NCBI GenBank assembly: GCA_035630295.1
Contig: DASQKY010000030.1
Coordinates: 1,426 to 65,425, forward strand
Direction: 5' to 3'
Source of the DNA: Acidimicrobiales bacterium
GTDB lineage: Bacteria; Actinomycetota; Acidimicrobiia; Acidimicrobiales; Iamiaceae
DNA: 64,000 bases
Made by a program: the position numbers and the translations under genes. The notes under the pieces are model-generated. The model did no database searches. It was given only the letters and a program-made list of their open reading frames with translations, and was not told the DNA's origin. This document shows positions 8,210 through 16,123 of the stretch, one piece after another (position 1 is the stretch's first letter; every line of letters starts with the position of its first letter).

Positions 8210-9348
8210 CCATGACGCAGAAGCTCATCATCGACGGCCTGCTGGTCGTCGGGTTCGGGGTCCAGCACTCCATCCTCGCCTCCCTACGGGTGAAGCGGGT
8301 GGTGAAGGCCAAGACCCGCATGGAGGCCCTGGCCTGGCGGTCGGTCGAGTCCCTCACCAACGCCGTGTACATCCTGGCCGCCGCCGCCCTGTGGCAGCGG
8401 ACCGGCGACGTAGTCTGGGCCTTCTCGGGCACCGCCATGGTGGCCGTGGGCGCCGTGGCCGTCGTGTCCTGGCTCTGGTACTGGCAGCTCCACCTGTTCG
8501 AGGCCGACTGCGGCCTCGCCTTCGGAGCCACCACCCTGGTGGCCCACATCGCCCGGACGGAGCAACCCAAGTCGGTGCCGTGGGCGGTGGGGAGCCGGCG
8601 GTGGATCCGGTTCCCGGTCCACACCGCCTTCTTCGGGATGTTCTTCTTCCTGCCCACGATGACGGCGGACCTGCTGGTCCTGGCCATCATGGCCAACCTC
8701 TACAACATCATCGGCAGCATCCTGTACGACAACCGGCTCAAGACCCTGGCCGGCGAGAGCTACATGCGCTACGTGAACGTCACGGGGCTCATGTTCCCGC
8801 CCGTCTACCGGGCCCCGCGGGGGGCCAAGGGCATGGACATGCCCGGCCCCCACCACTGGCGCCGGCCGCTGGTGCACACGTCCGGCGTCGTCGCCGGGTT
8901 GGGCATCGGCCTGCTGTACCTGGCCATCATCGGCCCCCGGGCCACCTCCGGCCGGGACATGCTCGTGGCCGGCCTCACCGCCGTGCTGGCTGCGGTCCTG
9001 GTCGGGGTCGTCCTGGGCAACCTCCGGAAGCCCGACCGCACCGTGGACTGGCACCAGCAGCAGACCGACCTGGCCACCACCATCTCGCTGGCCTCGGCCC
9101 TCGGCGTCGTCAGCTGGGCCGGGTTCGGCTGGATCAGCTCCGGGCAGGCCCCGTACTTCGCCGCCTTCCTCCCGCTGTGGTTCATGGTCCAGTACCTCGG
9201 GCACGTGATCGCCTTCCTGGCCGCCCGCCAGAAGTGGTCGGCGGACGTGGTGCCCCTCGAGGTCCCGGCGGATGCGCCTGCGCGGGAACCCGCCCTGGTC
9301 GGCCTGGCCGAGCCGGCCGCGGCCCGGGGCAGCCTCTCCGCCTCCTGA
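8206..9348 (+). CDS. MddA/NURIM/ICMT-like membrane methyltransferase homolog with extra C-terminal TM domain
   Basis: ATGA overlap with the DUF3050 gene. FGVQHSILA, W.....VW, IRFP (RHP-like), PTMTAD.L, G..Y..Y...T.LMFP; about 4 further TM helices. Confidence 0.55.
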   Translation: MTMTQKLIIDGLLVVGFGVQHSILASLRVKRVVKAKTRMEALAWRSVESLTNAVYILAAAALWQRTGDVVWAFSGTAMVAVGAVAVVSWLWYWQLHLFEADCGLAFGATTLVAHIARTEQPKSVPWAVGSRRWIRFPVHTAFFGMFFFLPTMTADLLVLAIMANLYNIIGSILYDNRLKTLAGESYMRYVNVTGLMFPPVYRAPRGAKGMDMPGPHHWRRPLVHTSGVVAGLGIGLLYLAIIGPRATSGRDMLVAGLTAVLAAVLVGVVLGNLRKPDRTVDWHQQQTDLATTISLASALGVVSWAGFGWISSGQAPYFAAFLPLWFMVQYLGHVIAFLAARQKWSADVVPLEVPADAPAREPALVGLAEPAAARGSLSAS

Positions 9349-9355
9349 GCGCCAC

Positions 9356-9382
9356 GCCCGTCGTCGGGGGGCGACGACGGGC
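9356..9382 (+). terminator. GC-rich hairpin after the methyltransferase-like gene
   Basis: gcccgtcgtcg-ggggg-cgacgacgggc, an 11-bp perfect stem 8 nt after the stop; no U-tract. Confidence 0.6.
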
Positions 9383-9409
9383 ACCGGCCGCCGCCCGGGG
9401 CGTCACCTC

Positions 9410-9435
9410 CGTTTCCCCTGCCCCCTTGGGGGCGA
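9410..9435 (+). promoter_or_regulatory. Putative SigB/SigF-type promoter of DUF72 gene (CGTTT-N15-GGGCGA)
   Basis: Matches the island motif with a variant -10. Confidence 0.4.
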
Positions 9436-9489
9436 GTGGGCGAAGGTGACGCCTCAGGACGGCCGCCGCGACGCCACCCGGCCCGGCCC

Positions 9490-10254
9490 GTGAGAACGGG
9501 ACCGGGCCGGGCCCGCGTCGGCTGCTCGGGCTGGGTGTACCGCGACTGGCGGGGCCCGGTGTACCCGGCCGACCTGCCCCAGCGGGCGTGGTTCGCCTGG
9601 TACGCCGAGGCCTTCGACACCGTCGAGCTCAACAGCACCCACTACCGGCTGCCGGCGCTGTCGACCGTGCAGGGGTGGGCCGCCCAGGCCCCACCCGGCT
9701 TCTGCTACGCGGTGAAGGTCGGGCGCTACGGCACCCACCGCAAGAAGCTCCGCGACGCAGCCGTGTGGCTGCCCAACCACCTCGACCGGGTGGCTGCCCT
9801 CGGCCCCCACCTGGGGCCCCAGCTGGTCCAGCTGCCACCGCGGTGGCGCCGGGACGTGGGCCGCCTCGACGAGCTGCTGGCGGAGGCGCCTGGCGACCTG
9901 CGGTGGGCCGTCGAGGTGCGGGACCCGTCGTGGTTCCACGACGACGTCCTCACCTGCCTGCAGCGCCACGGCGCCGCCCTCTGCCTGCACGACCTCCTGG
10001 CCGGCCACCCGTGGGAGCTGACCACCGACTGGACCTACGTACGCTTCCACGGGCCCCGAGCCGTCGACGAGCCCTACCGGGGCCGGTACGGCGGGCGCCG
10101 GTTGTGGCGGGCCGCTGACCGGTTGGGCGCCTGGCAGGCCTCCGGCACCGACGTGTTCGCCTACTTCAACAACGACTACGAGGGCCACGCCGTGACCGAT
10201 GCCCGCTGGCTGCGGGAGCGCCTGGCCGGGTCCCGGGCCGGAACCGCGTCCTGA
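9490..10254 (+). CDS. DUF72 family protein
   Basis: VGCSGW.Y..W.G..YP, FDTVELNST.Y.LP, FCYAVK, LGPQLVQLPP, AVEVR..SW, YVRFHG, YFNND..GHA..DA. Start 9490 preferred over 9436. Confidence 0.9.
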   Translation: MRTGPGRARVGCSGWVYRDWRGPVYPADLPQRAWFAWYAEAFDTVELNSTHYRLPALSTVQGWAAQAPPGFCYAVKVGRYGTHRKKLRDAAVWLPNHLDRVAALGPHLGPQLVQLPPRWRRDVGRLDELLAEAPGDLRWAVEVRDPSWFHDDVLTCLQRHGAALCLHDLLAGHPWELTTDWTYVRFHGPRAVDEPYRGRYGGRRLWRAADRLGAWQASGTDVFAYFNNDYEGHAVTDARWLRERLAGSRAGTAS

Positions 10255-10276
10255 GCGCCCGGTCGGCGGACAGGGG

Positions 10277-10507
10277 TCAGGCGCCGTCCCGGCGGGTCGG
10301 GCCGACCGGGTCCTCGGCGTCGGGTCCCGCCGGGCGGTCCGTGGTGGCGTAGAAGCGCTCCGAGGCGGTGTCGCGGCCGGAGGCGTCGGCCGGATCGTCG
10401 TGCCCGGCGGTCTGCTCCGGATGGTTGACGTGGCGCGCCAGCCAGACCGACGCCGCCACCACCAGCATCACCACCAGGGCCACGAGGAGGCCCTCGGCCC
10501 CGCCCAT
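10277..10507 (-). CDS. Small single-TM protein with acidic tail
   Basis: TGATG overlap with the upstream STAS-like gene. MGGAEGLLVALVVMLVVAASVWLARH followed by a D/E/P-rich tail. Confidence 0.55.
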   Translation of the reverse strand: MGGAEGLLVALVVMLVVAASVWLARHVNHPEQTAGHDDPADASGRDTASERFYATTDRPAGPDAEDPVGPTRRDGA

Positions 10508-10887
10508 CAGGCCGGAGCCGTCGGGGAGAGGGCGGCGGCCGGCACCGGGGCCGGAGCAGGGGCGGCCGGACGGGGGGCCCGGGCCGCCCAGGGCAGCACC
10601 ACCGCCACCTCGGGCGGGAGGAACCGGCGTAGGAGCTGGCGCCCGCTGAGCCGGGAGCAGGCCACCTCCACCTCGGCCCCGGCCGCCGAGGCCACAGCCA
10701 CCAGGCGGGCCACCCGGACCATCTCGGCCGGTACCATGGTGAGGCCGCTCACATCCAGCGTGACCACGGCGTGGCCCACCACCACGGACGACAGCTCCAC
10801 GCCTCGTCGGGCCCACTCGGCCTCGTCGGCGGCGCCGTCGATGGCCACGTGCAAAGCGGCGCCCCGCGAGATGAGCTGGTCGACCAC
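10507..10887 (-). CDS. Divergent STAS (anti-anti-sigma-like) protein
   Basis: AGGAGG RBS. VVTLDVSGLTMV (cf. V.lDls.v.f.DS), AAGAEVEVAC, RQLLR; the phosphoacceptor DS is absent. Confidence 0.5.
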   Translation of the reverse strand: MVDQLISRGAALHVAIDGAADEAEWARRGVELSSVVVGHAVVTLDVSGLTMVPAEMVRVARLVAVASAAGAEVEVACSRLSGRQLLRRFLPPEVAVVLPWAARAPRPAAPAPAPVPAAALSPTAPA

Positions 10888-10915
10888 GGGCCCTCCTGGT
10901 GTCGTGCGGGCCTCC

Positions 10916-10942
10916 CTGCCCGCCCGGCGCAGGAGTGAAACC
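10916..10942 (-). promoter_or_regulatory. Putative SigB/SigF-type promoter (GGTTT-N16-GGGCAG)
   Basis: About 30 nt upstream of GTG 10887. Confidence 0.65.
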
Positions 10943-10956
10943 TCGGCGACCGGCGA

Positions 10957-11502
10957 TCAGGAGGCGCGGCGGACCGCGGCCCGCAGCTCCCGGGCAAAGG
11001 CCTCGGGGTCCTCGACCGTCACCGTCACCGCCGGGTGGCGCAGGAGGTTGGACGGCAGCAGGACGGGGACCCGGCGCCGGAAGCGGACGCAGGCCCCGGC
11101 CCGGGTGGAGGTGGCGAAGGTGAGGCCCCCGTCGGACAGGGACAGGTGGGGCGGGCCGGCCACCTTGAGCCAGCTGTAGGGCCCGGTGACGGTCACCTCG
11201 TCCACGTTGGCCAGGGGCGTGCGCAGCGACCAGGGCCCGAAGCGGACACGGAGGTCCTCCTCCCCCACCACCACCTCGGCGGTTCGGGGCATCACCCCCA
11301 CCGCCAGGGCCGGCACCACCATGGAGCGCTCGAAGTGGAACGGGAACCGGGTGGTCCGGGGGATCGAGGCCGCCGGCCGGGGCGGGGGCCCGCTCGGCTT
11401 GTCCTGTTCGACCTCGGGGTGGTGGCCGGGCCGGTTGGCCTCCGGCACCGGGCCCGCGGACTCGTCCGCACCGCTGCGGGTGCTCGGGGAGCGGGGGGGC
11501 AT
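10957..11502 (-). CDS. Conserved actinobacterial hypothetical protein (beta-rich)
   Basis: GGAGGA RBS before ATG 11502. RFPFHF...VRFGPW...TPLANV...GPY.W...GP.LS..D.GLTF.T....G.CV.F, with good GC3 bias. Confidence 0.6.
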   Translation of the reverse strand: MPPRSPSTRSGADESAGPVPEANRPGHHPEVEQDKPSGPPPRPAASIPRTTRFPFHFERSMVVPALAVGVMPRTAEVVVGEEDLRVRFGPWSLRTPLANVDEVTVTGPYSWLKVAGPPHLSLSDGGLTFATSTRAGACVRFRRRVPVLLPSNLLRHPAVTVTVEDPEAFARELRAAVRRAS

Positions 11503-11537
11503 GCGTGTCCTCCGTTGGGTGGGGGTGGTCGGGGTGG

Positions 11538-12722
11538 TCAGGGCTGGAAGACGACCTTCACGACCCCGTCCTCCTTGGCCTGGAACCGGGCGTAGGCGTC
11601 CGGCGCCTCGTCCAGGCCCAGGTGGTGGGTGGCGAAGCCGTCGACCCCGAGCGGGTCGTCGTCGCCTTCCAGGAGCGGCAGGATGTCGTCGACCCAGCGG
11701 CGGACGTTGGCCTGGCCCATCCGCAGCTGCACCTGCTTGTCGAACATGGTCAGCATGGGCAGCGGGTCGGCCATGCCGCCGTACACCCCGGTCAGGGAGA
11801 TGGTGCCGCCCCGCCGCACCGCGTCGATGGCGGTGTGGAGGGCGGCCAGCCGATCCACCCCGGCCGTGGTCATGAGCCGCTCGGCCAGGGCGTCGGGCAG
11901 GAGGGACGTGAGCTTGTGGGCCGCGTGAGCGCCCGGGGAGCCGTGCGCCTCCATCCCCACCGCGTCGATGACGGCGTCGGCACCCCGGCCCCCGGTCAGC
12001 TCTCGGATGGCCTCGCCGATGTCGTCGTGGTCCTCGAGGCGCAGGGCGGTGACGCCCCGATCCGCCGCCCGGGCCACCCGGTCCCCCTCGACGTCGACGC
12101 CGATGACCTGCTCGATGCCGAGGTGGCGGGCCACCCGCGCCGCCATGTCGCCGATGGGGCCCAGGCCCAGCACGACCAGGCTGTCACCCGGGGCCACCCC
12201 GGCGTAGGCCACGGCCTGCCAGGCCGTGGGCAGCACGTCCGAGAGGTACAGGTAGCGGTCGTCCGGGGGCCCGTGAGGCACCTTGACCGGGCCGTACTGG
12301 GCCTGCGGCACCCGGAGGTACTCGGCCTGGGCTCCGGGGACCTGGCCGTAGAGCTTGGTGTAGCCGAACAGGGCGGCGCCCATCCCGTGCTCGCGGACCT
12401 GGGTGGTCTCGCACTGGGTCTGGAGGTCCTGGGTGCACATGGCGCAGGTGCCGCAGGCGATCTGGAAGGGGATCACCACCCGGTCGCCGGGGGCCAGGTG
12501 GGTCACCTCCGGCCCCACCGCCTCCACGATGCCCATGGGCTCGTGGCCCAGCACGTCGCCCTCGGTCATGAAGGGGGCCATGACCTCGTAGAGGTGCAGG
12601 TCCGACCCGCACAGCCCGCTCGAGGTGATGCGCACGACGGCGTCGGTGGGCTCCTCGATGGTCGGGTCGGGCACCTCCTCGACCCGTACGTCCTTCGGGC
12701 CCTGCCAGGTCACTGCTCTCAT
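11538..12722 (-). CDS. Zinc-dependent alcohol dehydrogenase (glutathione-independent formaldehyde dehydrogenase-like)
   Basis: MRAVTWQG, CGSDLH, GHEPMG, CGTC.MC...C, GQAEYLRVP, LSDVLPT, GLGPIG, DAVIDAVG. GGAGGAG RBS. Confidence 0.92.
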   Translation of the reverse strand: MRAVTWQGPKDVRVEEVPDPTIEEPTDAVVRITSSGLCGSDLHLYEVMAPFMTEGDVLGHEPMGIVEAVGPEVTHLAPGDRVVIPFQIACGTCAMCTQDLQTQCETTQVREHGMGAALFGYTKLYGQVPGAQAEYLRVPQAQYGPVKVPHGPPDDRYLYLSDVLPTAWQAVAYAGVAPGDSLVVLGLGPIGDMAARVARHLGIEQVIGVDVEGDRVARAADRGVTALRLEDHDDIGEAIRELTGGRGADAVIDAVGMEAHGSPGAHAAHKLTSLLPDALAERLMTTAGVDRLAALHTAIDAVRRGGTISLTGVYGGMADPLPMLTMFDKQVQLRMGQANVRRWVDDILPLLEGDDDPLGVDGFATHHLGLDEAPDAYARFQAKEDGVVKVVFQP

Positions 12723-12778
12723 GGCGCTCCTCCGATCGGTCGAGGCCCGACCGCGACGGCGCGCCCGGGTCCCGCGGG

Positions 12779-12804
12779 CTGCCCGCGCTCCCCGGCGGCG
12801 AAAC
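12779..12804 (-). promoter_or_regulatory. Putative SigB/SigF-type promoter (GGTTT-N15-GGGCAG)
   Basis: About 55 nt upstream of the ADH start. Confidence 0.65.
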
Positions 12805-12838
12805 CGGCCGGCCGCGGGCTGCTCGGCCGGCGGGCCGC

Positions 12839-13033
12839 TCACCCGCTGGGGGCCGCCCCCTCCATGGGGTCGTCGCCCGCCGGCGGGAGGCCCGGCTCGT
12901 CGCCGTCGCCGTCGGTGTCGCCGGACTCCGGCTCGGTCTCGGCGTCGGCCCCGTCGGCCAGGAGCCCATCGCCCTCGGCCGGACCCTGGTCGCGGGTGTC
13001 GTCGCCGCGGGACGGCTGGCCGTGGGGATCCAT
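12839..13033 (-). CDS. Small acidic, probably disordered protein (64 aa)
   Basis: GGAG RBS, 10 nt after the upstream stop. D/E/G/P-rich with no hydrophobic core. Confidence 0.5.
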   Translation of the reverse strand: MDPHGQPSRGDDTRDQGPAEGDGLLADGADAETEPESGDTDGDGDEPGLPPAGDDPMEGAAPSG

Positions 13034-13042
13034 GGGCTGCTC

Positions 13043-13690
13043 CTATCGGGACCGACGCCGGGGCTCGACGTCGCGTTCGCGGGCGAAGTTGCGGCCCAGC
13101 TCCTCGGCGATGCCGCCCTCGGAGCTGGCCTCCTCGGTGATCACCGGCCCGATGGGCTCGCCGTCGGCGCCCAGGCGATCGAGCCGGAGCGGTTCGGCCT
13201 CGACCATGACCGCCTCCACCTCCGGCGCCCACCGAGACACCCGCACGACCTGGCCCCGCTGGGCGGCCGAGGGCACGTCCTGGTTCTTCACGGCCATGGC
13301 CGGCAGCACGATGACGGCGATGGTGCCGCCCACCGCGCCCCCGCACAGGGCGCAGATGAGCAGCCGGAGCCAGAGGGGGATGTCGTCGGGCAACAGGACA
13401 GCCACGGGCAGGGCCACGACCACGCCGATGGCGGTCAGGATCGGGCCGAGCAGGCTGGTGGCCTTGGTGGCCTCCTTCGAGTACAGGATGCCGGCCTGCG
13501 GCATCACCATGCTCTCGGTGGCCTCCTCCCGCATCTCGGCCCGCAGCGAGGTGCGCTCGTCCTGCCCGGCGTCGGTGCGGATCTCCTGGTCGCGCACCCC
13601 GACGTGGGCCAGCCGGCGGCGGAGGTCCGGCACCCGGTCGGGGGCGTACACACCGAGCAGGGCGTGGGCCGGCGTCTGCTGATCACTCAT
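13043..13690 (-). CDS. Two-TM stress membrane protein (YflT-like N-terminus)
   Basis: ATG 13690. LLGVYA...LRRRLAHVGV...I, two TM helices with a GGAVGG glycine zipper. Confidence 0.55.
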   Translation of the reverse strand: MSDQQTPAHALLGVYAPDRVPDLRRRLAHVGVRDQEIRTDAGQDERTSLRAEMREEATESMVMPQAGILYSKEATKATSLLGPILTAIGVVVALPVAVLLPDDIPLWLRLLICALCGGAVGGTIAVIVLPAMAVKNQDVPSAAQRGQVVRVSRWAPEVEAVMVEAEPLRLDRLGADGEPIGPVITEEASSEGGIAEELGRNFARERDVEPRRRSR

Positions 13691-13699
13691 GGCCGCCCC

Positions 13700-13724
13700 C
13701 TCCCCCGGCCCCCGGGGGGCAACC
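13700..13724 (-). promoter_or_regulatory. Putative SigB/SigF-type promoter (GGTTG-N14-GGGGAG)
   Basis: Ends 10 nt above ATG 13690, implying a near-leaderless mRNA. Confidence 0.45.
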
Positions 13725-13763
13725 ACATCCCGTCCGGCGCCCGGCGCCCCGGCCGCCTACCGT

Positions 13764-13790
13764 GGTTTCACCCGCTCGCCCGCCGGGCAG
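13764..13790 (+). promoter_or_regulatory. Putative SigB/SigF-type promoter (GGTTT-N16-GGGCAG)
   Basis: About 30 nt upstream of ATG 13820. Confidence 0.65.
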
Positions 13791-13819
13791 CGGTCCCGCC
13801 GGTCCCAGAGGAGGCACGG

Positions 13820-14074
13820 ATGCCGGTCAGCTCGTTCACGTGCGCCGCCGAGGCGTGGACGCCCGTGGGCCACAAGGTGCCGTGGGACCAGAGCCGGCTC
13901 CTCCCGGTGGGCCCCATCCACGCCGCCGAGCCCCAGGACGCCACGGCGGTGTGCTCCGGCGACCCGCTGGTGCCGGACAGCTCCGGGCGCAGCTTCGTGC
14001 CCTGGGCCCCGGGGACCTGTGAGGGGTGCAGCGCAGCGCTGGCCCCCCGGGCCCAGGAGGCCCCCAGCCCCTGA
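13820..14074 (+). CDS. Small Cys/His-containing protein (84 aa), possible metal-binding module
   Basis: GAGGAGG RBS and its own promoter motif. Contains IHAA...AVC...W..GTCEGC. Confidence 0.6.
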   Translation: MPVSSFTCAAEAWTPVGHKVPWDQSRLLPVGPIHAAEPQDATAVCSGDPLVPDSSGRSFVPWAPGTCEGCSAALAPRAQEAPSP

Positions 14075-14098
14075 GCCGGTGCCGGCCCGGCCCGGCCC

Positions 14099-14124
14099 GG
14101 TTTGGCATCGGCGGTCGGGGGGAG
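14099..14124 (+). promoter_or_regulatory. Putative SigB/SigF-type promoter (GGTTT-N15-GGGGAG)
   Basis: About 35 nt upstream of GTG 14159. Confidence 0.6.
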
Positions 14125-14158
14125 CCGCACCCCACCCCCGCCGCCCCCAGGAGGCACC

Positions 14159-15682
14159 GTGCAGGAGACCGTGCCAGGCCCCCCCGGCGGCCCGTGGACC
14201 CAGCCGGCGGCCCGCTACCCGGCCCTGTCGGGCCCGGCCCGCGCCGACGTCGTGGTGGTCGGGGGTGGCATCGCCGGCCTGACCACCGCCGTGCTGCTGG
14301 CCCGGGCCGGGGCCCGTGTGCGGGTCCTGGAAGCCGGCGCCGTCGGGCAGGGGACCACCGGGGGCAGCACGGCCAAGGTGACGGCCCTGCAGGCCCGCCG
14401 CCTGTCCCATCTGCGCGAGGTGCACGGCGACGCCGTGCTGGCCCCCTACGTGGAGGCCCAGCTGGCCGGCCAGCGCTGGATCGAGGCCCGGGCCGGGGAA
14501 CGGGACGTGGCCTGCGGCCTGGAGCGCCTGCCGGCCTCCACCTACGTCACCGACCCCGAGCGGGTGGGCTCCATCGACGACGAGGCCGAGGCGGCCCGTC
14601 TGGCCGGCCTGCCCGTCGAGGTGGTCGACGACGACCCCGACCTGCCCTTCGCCACCGCCCGGGCCGTGCGCCTGGCCGACCAGCTCCAGGTCGACCCCCG
14701 GGCCTGGGTCGCCGACCTGGCCGCCGAGGTGGCGGCCCAGCCCGGGTGCGCCGTGCACGAGGGCAGCCGCGTGGTCGACGTGGCCGCCGGCCACCGCTCG
14801 GTGGCCACCGAGGACGGGCGGGTCGAGGCCGGCCACGTGGTCCTGGCCACGCTCCTGCCCATCAGCGACCGGGGGCTGCTCTTCGCCCGCACCGAGCCGA
14901 CCATGTCCTACGGCCTGGCCCTGGAGGTGGCCGGCTCACGGCCGCCGGTCATGGCCTACGGGGCCGACCGCTCCACCCGCTCGCTGCGCCCGGCCCGGAT
15001 CGGCGAGGGCCCGGTGCTGCTGGTCGGGGGTGAGGGCCATCCGGTGGGCCGGGGCCGGGGGACCGAGCAGCAGAGCCGGCTGCTGGAGTGGGCCCGGTCC
15101 CACTTCGAGGTCACCGCCGTGCGCCACCGGTGGGCCGCCCACGACCTGCAGAGCACCGACCTGCTCCCCTTCGCAGGCCGGGCCGACCGGCTGCCCGGGA
15201 GCCCCTGGGTGGCCTCCGGCTTCGGCAAGTGGGGCCTCACCAACGGCACGGCGGCGGCCATGACCATCGCCGGCCGCATCACCGAGCCCTCCGGCGACGG
15301 GCGGGCCTGGGACGCGCTCTTCGACCCCCGGCGCTCCCACCCCCTGGCCGGCTACCGCTCGGCCGCCCGGCACAACGCCGGGGTCGCCGCGCAGATGGCC
15401 CGGGGGTGGGCCTCGGCCGGCTCGGCCACCACCGCCCGGGGGCCGGAGGTCACCCGCCAGGGCCTGGTCCCGACGGCCGCCGGACCGGGGGGCTGCCGCC
15501 TGTCGCTGGCCTGCACCCACCAGCGGGGCATCGTCCGCTGGAACGAGGCCGAGCGCACCTGGGACTGCCCGCTTCACGGCTCGCGCTTCGCCGAGGACGG
15601 CTCGGTGGTGGCCGCCCCCGCCCGCCGCCCCCTCCGCCGCGTCGAAGGTCCCTCCGACGGGGACGACGACGGAGCTGGTTGA
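14159..15682 (+). CDS. FAD-dependent oxidoreductase with C-terminal Rieske domain (YhfW/PuuB-like)
   Basis: AGGAGG RBS. VVVVGGGIAGLTTA, GTTGGSTAK, SGFGKWGLTNGT, CTH...WDCPLHGSRF. Confidence 0.9.
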   Translation: MQETVPGPPGGPWTQPAARYPALSGPARADVVVVGGGIAGLTTAVLLARAGARVRVLEAGAVGQGTTGGSTAKVTALQARRLSHLREVHGDAVLAPYVEAQLAGQRWIEARAGERDVACGLERLPASTYVTDPERVGSIDDEAEAARLAGLPVEVVDDDPDLPFATARAVRLADQLQVDPRAWVADLAAEVAAQPGCAVHEGSRVVDVAAGHRSVATEDGRVEAGHVVLATLLPISDRGLLFARTEPTMSYGLALEVAGSRPPVMAYGADRSTRSLRPARIGEGPVLLVGGEGHPVGRGRGTEQQSRLLEWARSHFEVTAVRHRWAAHDLQSTDLLPFAGRADRLPGSPWVASGFGKWGLTNGTAAAMTIAGRITEPSGDGRAWDALFDPRRSHPLAGYRSAARHNAGVAAQMARGWASAGSATTARGPEVTRQGLVPTAAGPGGCRLSLACTHQRGIVRWNEAERTWDCPLHGSRFAEDGSVVAAPARRPLRRVEGPSDGDDDGAG

Positions 15683-15702
15683 GGGTCGGCGCGCCGGGGG
15701 AG
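15677..15702 (+). promoter_or_regulatory. Putative SigB/SigF-type promoter (GGTTG-N15-GGGGAG)
   Basis: Overlaps the upstream stop; about 30 nt above ATG 15734. Confidence 0.5.
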
Positions 15703-15733
15703 GTGCCCGGTCCCGACCACGAGAGGAGCCCCC

Positions 15734-15964
15734 ATGGACGGCGGCGAGGACAGCGGAGAGATCAAGGAGCCCGACAACAGCACCGTCGACGACTGGCTGG
15801 GCCAGGACGTGGCCCGCGACACGGAGGTGGCCGAGCGGGTCGCCCGCGAGAGCGACACCGAGGAGGAGGCCGAGGAGCGCTTCGAACGGGAGGCCTCGGG
15901 CGAGGAGCACCACCGCGCCGCCTACCCCCGGCCCGACGACGCCCCCGACGGCGGCCCGGCCTGA
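15734..15964 (+). CDS. Small highly acidic protein (76 aa)
   Basis: GAGAGGAG RBS and GC3 bias. NSTVDDWLGQDVARD...EEEAEERFERE. Confidence 0.65.
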   Translation: MDGGEDSGEIKEPDNSTVDDWLGQDVARDTEVAERVARESDTEEEAEERFEREASGEEHHRAAYPRPDDAPDGGPA

Positions 15965-16123
15965 CCACGCCGCCAGCTCCCCGGCCGCGAGGGCACGAAC
16001 GGGGGTCATGCGGGCTCAGCCCTTTGCACGGGACCGGCGGTGTGCTTGTGTGGGAGACGGCGTTCAGCACCGAGGGCCTTCCCATCGATCCGGCCATCCC
16101 CGAGGCCGGTGGAAGCAGGAAGC

